The notes beneath the pieces were generated by a model. It ran no database searches, was not told where the DNA came from, and saw nothing but the letters and a program-made list of their open reading frames with translations. 64,000 bases of DNA from Desulfatiglandales bacterium (lineage in GTDB: Bacteria > Desulfobacterota > DSM-4660 > Desulfatiglandales > Desulfatiglandaceae), in contig OY759599.1 in NCBI GenBank assembly GCA_963662465.1, positions 7,072,001 to 7,136,000 of the forward strand, written 5' to 3'. Position numbers and translations under genes: made by a program. Positions within the stretch are counted from its first letter, which is position 1. Every line of letters begins with the position of its first letter. Shown here one piece after another: positions 44,250 through 53,057 of this stretch.

Positions 44250-46152
44250 GTGCGCCTGTGAAGGCGCTTTATCAGTGCGGTGAAAGTCCGTACCGGAGTA
44301 TGCCATAGCTCCGTAGCCGAAGGTAACTGCGTCGCCGCGAGGCGGGGTGGAGAGCAACCGGAGGCGAAAAGTCAGTCCGTAGGATGACGAACCCGATTCG
44401 GTGTCATGTGGTGGCGAGCCTACCGTTCCATGGTGAAGCCTGAAACTCACAGACCACGCTGTAATGGCGGTTAAAGCGATGGTTTGACGGCATGGTATGT
44501 TTGGGGTCGGAATGACTGGAAGGTAAAGCGAGATAAGCAGGGAGACCTGTCTCTTGGGGTGACAGGAGGCAGGAGTCAGAGTCCTCATAGTACCGTAGCG
44601 ACAGAACGGTCCTGCTAACAAGGCTTACGGCGTGAGACCAGTACCCGCCGCCTGCGTCGGATACCGGGTTGTGAAAAGCGCGGATAGCAAAACCGTGCCG
44701 AGGGAAGGAGGATAGGAAGATAGATACGGAAAGGTCATATAGATGCAGCTAAATCAAGCAGTCTCGGCAGTGTTGGAAACAACTAAACGCGAGGCAGAAA
44801 CCCGATGGGATTGGGTGGAAGCATCGGTGTGGACGGAACGTATGTTGGCAGCCCTGGGTAACGGGGTGAAAGGTGGTAAATGGTACAGTTTGATGGATAA
44901 GGTGTTCGCCTTGTCGACGCTGGAAGCGGCTTGGGGACGTGTCAAAGCCAATAAAGGAGCGGCAGGGATAGACCGTATCAGCATAAAGCGCTTTAAGGAG
45001 CAGGCGGAGAAATACCTTGCCGAACTGCATGAAACCTTGAAAGCGGGAACGTACCGACTGGAAGCGGTAAAACGGGTATACATTCCGAAAAGCGACGGCA
45101 AACAACGCCCGCTGGGGATACCCACGGTCAAAGACCGGGTAGTGCAGGCAGCGGTTAAAATGGTTATGGAGCCCATATTCGAGCATGAATTTCTGCCGAT
45201 GAGTTACGGCTTCAGGCCGCAAAGAGGTTGCAAGGACGCGTTGCGAGAAGTAGACGCGCTTATTAAGGAAGGCTACACCTTCATACTGGACGCCGACCTG
45301 AAAAGTTACTTTGATACGATTCCGCACGATAAGCTGATGCAACAAGTCGAAATGCGCATCAGCGACGGCAAATTGCTCAATCTGATTCAAATGTTCCTGA
45401 AACAGGACGTGATGGACGGCTTGGAAAGATGGACACCGACGGGTGGTTCGCCACAAGGGGCGGTAGTCAGCCCCTTGCTTGCGAATATTTACCTGCATCC
45501 TCTTGACAGCCTGATCGCGGAATCAGGTATGCGGATGGTGCGTTACGCGGACGACTTTGTTATCCTCAGCCGCAGTCAAACGGAAGCGGAGAATGCTTTG
45601 CAAAAGGTACGGGAGTGGGTACAGGCTAATGACCTGAGCTTACACCCGGACAAGACGCATCTTGGCGACTGTCGACAAAAGGGTCAGGGATTTGAATTCC
45701 TGGGATACCGGTTTGAGGCAGGAAAGCGCTGGATACGCAGTAAAAGCCGTAAAGCCCTTCGTGATAAAATCCGGGAAGAGACCCGGCGCAAACGTAGCGG
45801 AAGTATGGAAAGCATCATTGATGATCTGAACCCCATGCTTGAAGGCTGGTTTGGTTACTTCAAACACGCCTACCGCACTGAGTTTGCGGCGGTGGATAAG
45901 TTTGTCCGCCGACGCTTACGCGCCGTATTATTGCGTCGTAACAAACGCAAGGGCTGGGGCAAAAGCCTTGAAGCCCACCGCCGCTGGCCGAATGCCTACT
46001 TCGCGAAAATCGGGCTTTTCACTATGCATGAGGCCCGGTTAGCAGCGTGCCGATCCCGATGAGGAAACTATCGACCGGAGAGCCGTGTGCGGGAGAACCG
46101 CATGCACGGTTCGGAGGGAGGGGAGAGCCAAGAGGCTCTTTCCTACCCCTAT
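44250..46152 (+). mobile_element. Group II intron
   Basis: 5' GTGCG; domain V GAGCCGTGTGCG..CGCATGCACGGTTC; 3' end CCTACCCCTAT. Confidence 0.9.
44743..46062 (+). CDS. ltrA: Group II intron reverse transcriptase/maturase, no En domain
   Basis: RPLGIPTVKDR, PQGAVVSPLLANIYL, RYADD. Confidence 0.95.
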   Translation: MQLNQAVSAVLETTKREAETRWDWVEASVWTERMLAALGNGVKGGKWYSLMDKVFALSTLEAAWGRVKANKGAAGIDRISIKRFKEQAEKYLAELHETLKAGTYRLEAVKRVYIPKSDGKQRPLGIPTVKDRVVQAAVKMVMEPIFEHEFLPMSYGFRPQRGCKDALREVDALIKEGYTFILDADLKSYFDTIPHDKLMQQVEMRISDGKLLNLIQMFLKQDVMDGLERWTPTGGSPQGAVVSPLLANIYLHPLDSLIAESGMRMVRYADDFVILSRSQTEAENALQKVREWVQANDLSLHPDKTHLGDCRQKGQGFEFLGYRFEAGKRWIRSKSRKALRDKIREETRRKRSGSMESIIDDLNPMLEGWFGYFKHAYRTEFAAVDKFVRRRLRAVLLRRNKRKGWGKSLEAHRRWPNAYFAKIGLFTMHEARLAACRSR

Positions 46153-46157
46153 AGAGG

Positions 46158-46396
46158 AACTCAAAACTGTTTTTTTCCACAACCCAAAACCCAAAACCTA
46201 AAACCCAAAACTGTTTTCTTCCACAACCCAAAACCCAAAACCTAAAACCCAAAACTGTTTTCTTCCACAACCCAAAACCCAAAACCTAAAACCCAAAACT
46301 GTTTTTTTCCACAACCCAAAACTCAAAACCCAAAACTCAAAACCGTTTTTTTCCACAACCCAAAACCGCCTTTTTAATACCCAAAACTCAAAACTG
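46158..46396 (-). repeat. Right arm: AAAACCC/AAAACTC array with 44-bp higher-order unit
   Basis: Reverse complement of 43653-43783. Confidence 0.9.
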
Positions 46397-46675
46397 CTCT
46401 AATTACGTTCGAATATCTGCTGAATTTTGGGGAAGCGTTGATGAAACAGGGGATTACTCGGGTGGTAAATAACCTGGAGGAATGATCTCGCGCAGAGGCG
46501 CAGAGGCGCAGAGAAAAGAAGGGCGAAATAATGTTGGCAACCTTGTAAACTTACTCAGGGCGGTGGTCCACATACCGGAAGAATCCCTACACCGAAACGC
46601 AAAAGGGTTTTTTGCTTGACGGCGGGGTGTTGGTACCTGGTTGCCATTTGATAAGATTTGGGTTACTATCGAATC

Positions 46676-47677
46676 ATGAGTAATGAAATCGGATCAGCGC
46701 ACAATAATCTGTTCCAGAACATCCTTGGCCGTGAAGATATGGCCAGGGATTTTGTCCGGTATTATATGCTGGCGGAAATCGTCGGCGATCTGGACCTGGA
46801 TACTTTGGAAGTGGCTTCTGAATCGTATATCAGTGATGATCTCAAAGAGAGCCTTTCCGATATCGTACTTAGCCTCCAGCTCAAGGATGGGGATCTGGCT
46901 GAAATATACATTCTTATGGAACACAAAAGCGGGTTGCACAGCGGCACGCGGCTGCAACTTTTGAAATATATGAACGCCAAATGGCATGAGCTGGACAAGG
47001 CCGGAGAGTTTCGGGGATCACTGGCTGTTATCATTCCCGTGGTTTTCTACCATGGCAAGAAAAAATGGAGATACAGCCTGGAATTCTCGGACCAGTTCAA
47101 TCTGCCTGGAGAACATTACAGGAGATATGTGCCCAAATTCGAGCATATTTTGCATGAAGTTCCGGAGATCAACAAGCGCAAGATCAAATCCACCATCGCT
47201 CTTGAAGTATTTCATGTGGTGCTGGAGTGTATTTTTTACCCGGAGAAACGGGAGCGAATTTATGAATCCCTTGAGTTGTTGTTTCAGGGGTTAAACACGG
47301 ATAAGGCCGGCGAGCTGTTTTATGTGTTTGTCAAATACCTGCTTTCCGCCACCGATGTAAACCCCAGAGAGGTGGAAAAGAGGGTAAAACATCTTCCAAA
47401 AGGAGAAGAGACCGTGCGTACCACAGCAGAAGTTTTGAGGAAAGAAGGGTATGACAGGGGAGTGGTTTTCGGCGAACAACATGGCAAGCTTGAGGCCACT
47501 CAGGAAACACTCATAGACGTTGCCGGTGAACGATATGGCCTTTTACCTTCAGTATTGGAAGCGAAAATCAAATCCATTAAGTCCATCACGACTTTGAAAA
47601 ATTTGGCAAGACAAGTCGTTAAACTGGACAGGATGGAGGGTTTTGAAAGGCTGGTCAACAAGGCTGTGGATCATTGA
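46676..47677 (+). CDS. Rpn/YhgA-like recombination-promoting nuclease (PD-(D/E)XK)
   Basis: HNNLFQNIL, SDIVLS, YILMEHKS, IPVVFYHG. Confidence 0.9.
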   Translation: MSNEIGSAHNNLFQNILGREDMARDFVRYYMLAEIVGDLDLDTLEVASESYISDDLKESLSDIVLSLQLKDGDLAEIYILMEHKSGLHSGTRLQLLKYMNAKWHELDKAGEFRGSLAVIIPVVFYHGKKKWRYSLEFSDQFNLPGEHYRRYVPKFEHILHEVPEINKRKIKSTIALEVFHVVLECIFYPEKRERIYESLELLFQGLNTDKAGELFYVFVKYLLSATDVNPREVEKRVKHLPKGEETVRTTAEVLRKEGYDRGVVFGEQHGKLEATQETLIDVAGERYGLLPSVLEAKIKSIKSITTLKNLARQVVKLDRMEGFERLVNKAVDH

Positions 47678-47967
47678 TGCCAACTGAAATTCCAAACCCC
47701 ACCCAAAACATAGTACCCCTTCCTTTCCCTTTACCTATTTTAGCCCAAAGCTATTTTGGGTAATCTGTTCCAATTATCTACTCACCTTGGCCTTGAGCTT
47801 ACTCGTAATGGAATGGGACGTTGTTCCGTAATTCCGTTTTTTGACCACGAATCACACAGAGGACGGGGGACAGAGGACGGAGGACGGAGGGCAGAAGTCA
47901 GAGGGCAGAGGACGGATCGCAGGTCTCAGGAATTGGGCATAAAAACAGCCATTTCAGAATCTTCGGT

Positions 47968-48128
47968 TCCATTCCACATTCGATATTATTGAGGCGGCGA
48001 AAAAGGGGTTGTTGCCGGATAAGATGATGATTAATACTCATTCGCAGAGGTGGACGGATAATCCGATTGAGTGCACGAAGGAGTTGGTTTGGCAGAATGT
48101 GAAGAATGTTGTGAAACGTATTGTTGTT
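47968..48128 (+). pseudogene. C-terminal fragment of the 'HPQRW' protein
   Basis: FHSTFDII..LPDKMMINTHSQRWTD..KELVWQNVKNVVKR. Confidence 0.65.
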
Positions 48129-48235
48129 CGCAGATTACTATCCGCAGATTACGCAGATTGACGCAGATTAGGGTTCTCACGCAAAGACGCCACGACGCAA
48201 AGAAGGGAGTCGGAATAATCTGAAACCCCCGGACA

Positions 48236-48976
48236 ACACCTCCTCATCACACGAGATACCCAAACAAATGAACCCATTAAATCCTGAAGAGCCGAAAAAT
48301 GTCAGCGGAGTCCGCCCGTTGTTCTGGGTGTTGTGGATTTCTGTTTGCTGAACCTGGCGTTTTTTCTGCTCAATTACTGGAAACGGGGATCTTTTGAGCT
48401 GAACCCCATCTATGGGAAGCTGCTGCTGGCCTTTTATGGGGTCTGGCTGGTGATTTCCCTGGCCAATAAGAAATTTCAGTGGCGGGAATACGCAGGGTTG
48501 GGTAAAGGGCTGTGGAGGCCCTGAACTGCAGTTGTGGGTTTTGGGTTAGGGAACTGCAGTTTTGAGTTTTGAGTTTTGAGTTTTGGGTTTTGAGTTAAAG
48601 GAAACGTCCTGATTATGGGTGATGGGAAGATCTTTAAAGACAGTTTTGGGTTATGGGTTTTGGGTTATGAGTGAAAGGAAGATAGACGAGCGGACTTTTG
48701 AGTTTGCTTTACTGGTTGTGGATGGTTATAAATTTCTTCTGGGGAAAAAGGAGTTTGTGCTTTCGAAGCAGTTTTTAAGGGCTGGTACTTCGATCGGTGC
48801 GAATGTGACGAGGCCCAAGCTGCCCAAAGCAGGAAAGATTTCATTAAAACTGTAGTTTCTTCCAAAACCCAAAACCCAAAACCGCCTTTTCACAACCCAA
48901 AACTCAAAACCCAAAACTCAAAACCCAAAACTCAAAACCGTTTTTTTCAATGCCCAAAACTCAAAACTCAAAACCG
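48236..48976 (+). repeat. Second unit: sugar transferase 5' fragment, heptamer arm, truncated four-helix-bundle gene (48667-48845), inverted arm
   Basis: Same breakpoints as the units at 43361 and 52134. Confidence 0.9.
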
Positions 48977-48988
48977 CTCTAACTATTG

Positions 48989-49330
48989 CTACAATGTGGG
49001 TCTGGCAAGTTTCTGGGAAACAACGGCATTTAACGAGATCCCGGCTTTGGCAGCCTCGATAGCAAGGGCTCGGTGTACCCGACGATCAATTCGTACATTG
49101 AATTGTCCGCTGTATTGCTTTCTTGCCGGTGCAACGGGAACCGCTTCCCCGTGTTTTTGGTAGCTTTCCTTCACACCTTCCCAAGCGGTCTGTAGTTCGT
49201 GCAGAGCGTCTTCCGGCGACTCCCCAAATGCGGATACGTTCGGCAGTTCAACAAAATGCGCGAGATATTCGCCATCGTCGTCCAAAAACACATTGATGGT
49301 GTATCCATCGAATGGATCAAACCTTTTCAT
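48989..49330 (-). CDS. hicB: HicB antitoxin
   Basis: ELPNVSAFGESPEDAL, YSGQFNVRI..HRALAIEA. Confidence 0.9.
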   Translation of the reverse strand: MKRFDPFDGYTINVFLDDDGEYLAHFVELPNVSAFGESPEDALHELQTAWEGVKESYQKHGEAVPVAPARKQYSGQFNVRIDRRVHRALAIEAAKAGISLNAVVSQKLARPTL

Positions 49331-49562
49331 TTTTAGTCTCCTCATATTGCACCACCTGCTCTACCTGGTAGCCCTTTGCCTTTCCACTCCTGCCTTCCTG
49401 GATGGGAAGCCGGCGCCGTTTTGGGGAATACCAAATTTGGTGATTGCCCTTCTGATGATCGAATATCCACCCAGCTTGACGTAAAAGTGTCTGAAATTCA
49501 CCGAAGGAGAGGTCCTTCGGGTTGTTAATGGCACGGGCTAAAAGTTTTTCACGTTTAGTCAT
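49317..49562 (-). CDS. hicA: HicA toxin
   Basis: KGNHQIW..LPIQ..GKAKGYQVEQ. Confidence 0.88.
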   Translation of the reverse strand: MTKREKLLARAINNPKDLSFGEFQTLLRQAGWIFDHQKGNHQIWYSPKRRRLPIQEGRSGKAKGYQVEQVVQYEETKNEKV

Positions 49563-49803
49563 GGTGTAACTATATGCAGTTACCAACCAAAAGTCAAGAG
49601 AAGGGATGGGGGTCGGGTCATGAGCCGATCGGAGTTGCTGGGCCGGCTTTGTTTCTGCGGGTTTGAGATTGTGTAACTCGCGCAGAGACGCCAAGGCGCA
49701 GAGAAAAGAAGGGTTTTTTGGTTTTTCTTTGCGTCTCTGCGTCTCTGCGCGAGAATAAAATAAGTTGATAAGGGACATAAAAAGACTGGGGAGGGGGGTA
49801 GTT

Positions 49804-50076
49804 ATGAGGATTGAAGGTAAAGATGTGGTGAACAAATTAAGGGATTATTTTAATCATAGTGTCTCTCTCCCTGAGTTGGTTGATTGGGCTGAGCAAGCGA
49901 TGATGGACGCAGATTTTATTGGAAAAGACTGGAAAACAGTACGGGATATTGTGGCTCGCATCGGGGTGGCTGACGTTCGTGCGTTTGGGCTGACCTGGGA
50001 GGACTGTGAGCAATCGTTAATGGCGCTCGGATATCGAACAGAAGTCCGGATTTCCCAAGCTTCTGCCCTAAACTGA
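49804..50076 (+). CDS. Hypothetical protein
   Basis: ORF with RBS; LVDWAEQAMMD..FGLTWEDC. Confidence 0.6.
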   Translation: MRIEGKDVVNKLRDYFNHSVSLPELVDWAEQAMMDADFIGKDWKTVRDIVARIGVADVRAFGLTWEDCEQSLMALGYRTEVRISQASALN

Positions 50077-50107
50077 CACCTCCTCATCACACGAGATACC
50101 AAAACAA

Positions 50108-52105
50108 ATGAACCCATTAAATCCTGAAGAGACGAAATATGTCGGCGGAATTTCGCCCGCTGTTCTGGGTGTTGTGGATTTCTGTTTACTGAACCTGGCG
50201 TTTTTTCTGCTCAATTACTGTAAAAGGGGATCTTTTGAGTTGGCCCCAAAATATGGGAAGCTGCTGCTGGCCTTTTATGGGGTCTGGCTGGTGATTTCCC
50301 TGGCCAATAAGAAATTTCAGTGGCGGGAATACGCAGGGTTGGAAAAGGGGCTGTGGACCCTGGTCCGATGCGGGCTGTATCTGGCCTACTGTGTGGCCGT
50401 CATGGTGGTGATCATGGGCCTTTATGCCTATTCCAGGGGGCAGGTGTTTGGGACCTGCCTGGTGTTTGTGGGACTGGAAGGGGTCGTGTTCGGGGGGGCG
50501 TATTTCCTGCTTCGGCGGTCCAATGGGGGGGACGTAAGGCGGGAACCATTGATGGTGGCGCGCCCTGCCCGAATTTCCTGGCGGCTGGCGGTGGTGGATT
50601 TTGTGCTGGTGGGGGTTTCCTTTTTAGTGGTCAATTATCTGAAACGGGACAGCTTTCATATCCTTCCGGATTATGAGAAACTGCTGCTGTTGATCTATGG
50701 GTTGTGGTTTGTCTGTTCGCTGGTCACCCGGAAGTTTGAACATCTGAATTACATGAATTACTACCATGGCCTCTGGCCGTGGATCAAGGCGATGATTCTG
50801 TTGGCCTTTTCCCTGGGGGTGATGGTTTTTCTGTTTCGGTTTCAGTATTTTTCAAGAACCCAGGTGTTTGGGCCCATGGTCTTGCTGATGGTGTTGGAGA
50901 CGGTTTTCTACCGGTTTTATTTTGAGCGCAAAAAACGGGTCGGCGCCGAGGGAGATATTGAATCTGCTGATACAGTGTCCCGCATCCTGAAGCAGGAACC
51001 GTTGACGGTGGAAACGGATCTGGAGGCCCTGAAGCAGGCGTTTTTGTCGCCCATTCGGGAGCGGTTGCGGGATCGGTACCTGAAAAATCATTCGGGGCTG
51101 TTTTCGCTCATGGACCGGTCCATGGATCTGGAGGGCATTTTAAGGGCGGAAACGGCCATTCGAAACAGCAGTGAAATGCTCTATTCCGATACCGCGGGCG
51201 AGCGATACATGCGGTTGTTCGTTAATCTGCGGAAGATCAATGATATTCGGTATATCAACCAGTATTTTCTGGCGGTGCATAATTTGTTGATTCCCGGGGG
51301 GTACCTGGTGGGGCGCGCCCATACCCTTGCCACCCATCGGGAATGGATGATCCGGAAGTTTCCGCGGCAGTTGGCCAATGCCCTGTACGCAGTGGATTTT
51401 CTGTTTAACCGGGTGATGCCCAAACTTCCATGGGTCAAGCAGGTCTATTTTTCCGTGACCAGGGGGAAGAATCGGGTCATGAGCCGATCGGAGTTGCTGG
51501 GCAGGCTTTGTTTCTGCGGGTTTGAGATTGTGGGGGAAGAAGATATTGACGAACGGTTCTGCTTTGTGGCGCGAAAGGCCAAAACCATCTCCAGGGTGGA
51601 AAACCCGTCTTATGGTCCCCTGGTGGGGTTTAACCGGATCGGGGCCGGCAATAAACCCATTCGAACCTATAAATTCCGGACCATGCACCCCTATTCCGAA
51701 TTTCTGCAGGATTATGTGTATGAGAAAAGCGGCCTTCAAAAGGGGGGAAAGCTGGAGAATGATTTTCGCATTACGGCCTGGGGAAAGGTGATGCGGAAAC
51801 TCTGGCTGGATGAGCTGCCCATGCTGTACAACTGGGTGCGGGGGGAGCTGCAGCTCTTTGGGGTGCGGCCGTTGAGTGCGCACTATTTCAGTTTGTATCC
51901 ACAGGATTTGCAGGAACTGAGGGGGCGGGTGAAGCCGGGGCTGGTGCCGCCGTTTTATGCGGATATGCCGGTGACGTTTGAGGAGATCTGTGAGTCGGAG
52001 CGGCGGTATATTTTGGCTTATTTGGAACGGCCGGTTTGGACTCAGGTGGTTTACTTTTGGAAGGCTTTTTGTAATATTGTGTTTCGGGGTGCGAGGAGCG
52101 GGTGA
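50108..52105 (+). CDS. Sugar transferase (priming glycosyltransferase family) with duplicated N-terminal membrane modules
   Basis: YKFRTM, DFRIT.WGKVMRKLWLDELP, GVRP, KPGL. Confidence 0.9.
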   Translation: MNPLNPEETKYVGGISPAVLGVVDFCLLNLAFFLLNYCKRGSFELAPKYGKLLLAFYGVWLVISLANKKFQWREYAGLEKGLWTLVRCGLYLAYCVAVMVVIMGLYAYSRGQVFGTCLVFVGLEGVVFGGAYFLLRRSNGGDVRREPLMVARPARISWRLAVVDFVLVGVSFLVVNYLKRDSFHILPDYEKLLLLIYGLWFVCSLVTRKFEHLNYMNYYHGLWPWIKAMILLAFSLGVMVFLFRFQYFSRTQVFGPMVLLMVLETVFYRFYFERKKRVGAEGDIESADTVSRILKQEPLTVETDLEALKQAFLSPIRERLRDRYLKNHSGLFSLMDRSMDLEGILRAETAIRNSSEMLYSDTAGERYMRLFVNLRKINDIRYINQYFLAVHNLLIPGGYLVGRAHTLATHREWMIRKFPRQLANALYAVDFLFNRVMPKLPWVKQVYFSVTRGKNRVMSRSELLGRLCFCGFEIVGEEDIDERFCFVARKAKTISRVENPSYGPLVGFNRIGAGNKPIRTYKFRTMHPYSEFLQDYVYEKSGLQKGGKLENDFRITAWGKVMRKLWLDELPMLYNWVRGELQLFGVRPLSAHYFSLYPQDLQELRGRVKPGLVPPFYADMPVTFEEICESERRYILAYLERPVWTQVVYFWKAFCNIVFRGARSG

Positions 52106-52133
52106 TGTTTAACTTGCGCAGAGACGGAAAAGC

Positions 52134-52570
52134 AGTTTTGGGTTTTGAGTTTTGGGTTTTGGGTTTTGGGTTAGGGAACTGCAGTTTTGGGTTTTGGGTT
52201 TTGAGTTTTGGGTTAGGGAACTAGGGAAAAGCAGTTTTGGGTTTTGGGTTTTGAGTTTTGGGTTAGGGAACTAGGGAACAGCAGTTTTGGGTTTTGGGTT
52301 TTGGGTGAAAGGAAGATAGATGCGCGGACTTTTGAGTTTGCTTTACTGGTTGTGGATGGTTATAAATTTCTTCTGGGGAAAAAGGAGTTTGTGCTTTCGA
52401 AGCAGTTTTTAAGGTCTGGTACTTCGATCGGTGCGAATGTGACGGAGGCCCAAGCTGCCCAAAGCAGGAAAGATTTCATTAAAACTGTAGTTTCTTCCAA
52501 AACCCAAAACCCAAAACCCAAAACTCAAAACCGCCTTTTCAATGCCCAAAACCCAAAACCAAAAACCGCC
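52134..52570 (+). repeat. Third unit: heptamer arm, truncated four-helix-bundle gene (52301-52480), inverted arm
   Basis: Same deletion GATTTCATT|AAAACTGTAG as the copy at 48667. Confidence 0.9.
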
Positions 52571-52742
52571 TTTTCAACCGTTGTGGCCGAGGGTTCTCTC
52601 GCCCCGGTTAAATAAGGGCCAAAGAGATTTAACTGGGTAAACAAAAAGGCGCAAAAGACGCAAAGACGAATTGAAGATGAAATCTGAGAGTGTAAAAGCT
52701 GGGAGGCAATTGGATCCAGGGTCTGAAGGAGGTGATTGATCG

Positions 52743-53057
52743 ATGCCCCAAATAACGGTTGAAGTACCCAAGAATATAAATGATCTCGTGGGTGAAGTTG
52801 GTAAGGCAATTTACATTGAGACACTGAAAGAGGTTGCGTTTAAGCGGAAGGCCTACAGCAAAAGGGAATTAGAGGATTTAAAAAAGAAGATATGCTTTTT
52901 TGAGCGAAAGTACAATGCCTCATGCGAAGAATTTCTCTCGGATGTGCCGGATACTGTTCAGGGACATGATGATTGGATTGAATGGACCTATTTGATCAAC
53001 GCAGCAGAGGATTTATCAAATAAAATTAAAACATTATCCTTTTTGATTGGTAAATGA
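52743..53057 (+). CDS. Putative antitoxin; partner gene (53057-53151) cut by IS-A
   Basis: FERKYNAS..HDDWIEW; GGAGG RBS. Confidence 0.65.
   Translation: MPQITVEVPKNINDLVGEVGKAIYIETLKEVAFKRKAYSKRELEDLKKKICFFERKYNASCEEFLSDVPDTVQGHDDWIEWTYLINAAEDLSNKIKTLSFLIGK

Noticed and set aside
43784..46062. Diversity-generating retroelement (Avd-like gene next to an RT)
   Set aside because: The RT lies inside a complete group II intron with domains V and VI, and no TR/VR pair with adenine-specific differences was seen.
51140..51883. 247-aa minus-strand ORF; also 44749-45498 and 38371-38943
   Set aside because: Antisense shadows of well-supported genes.
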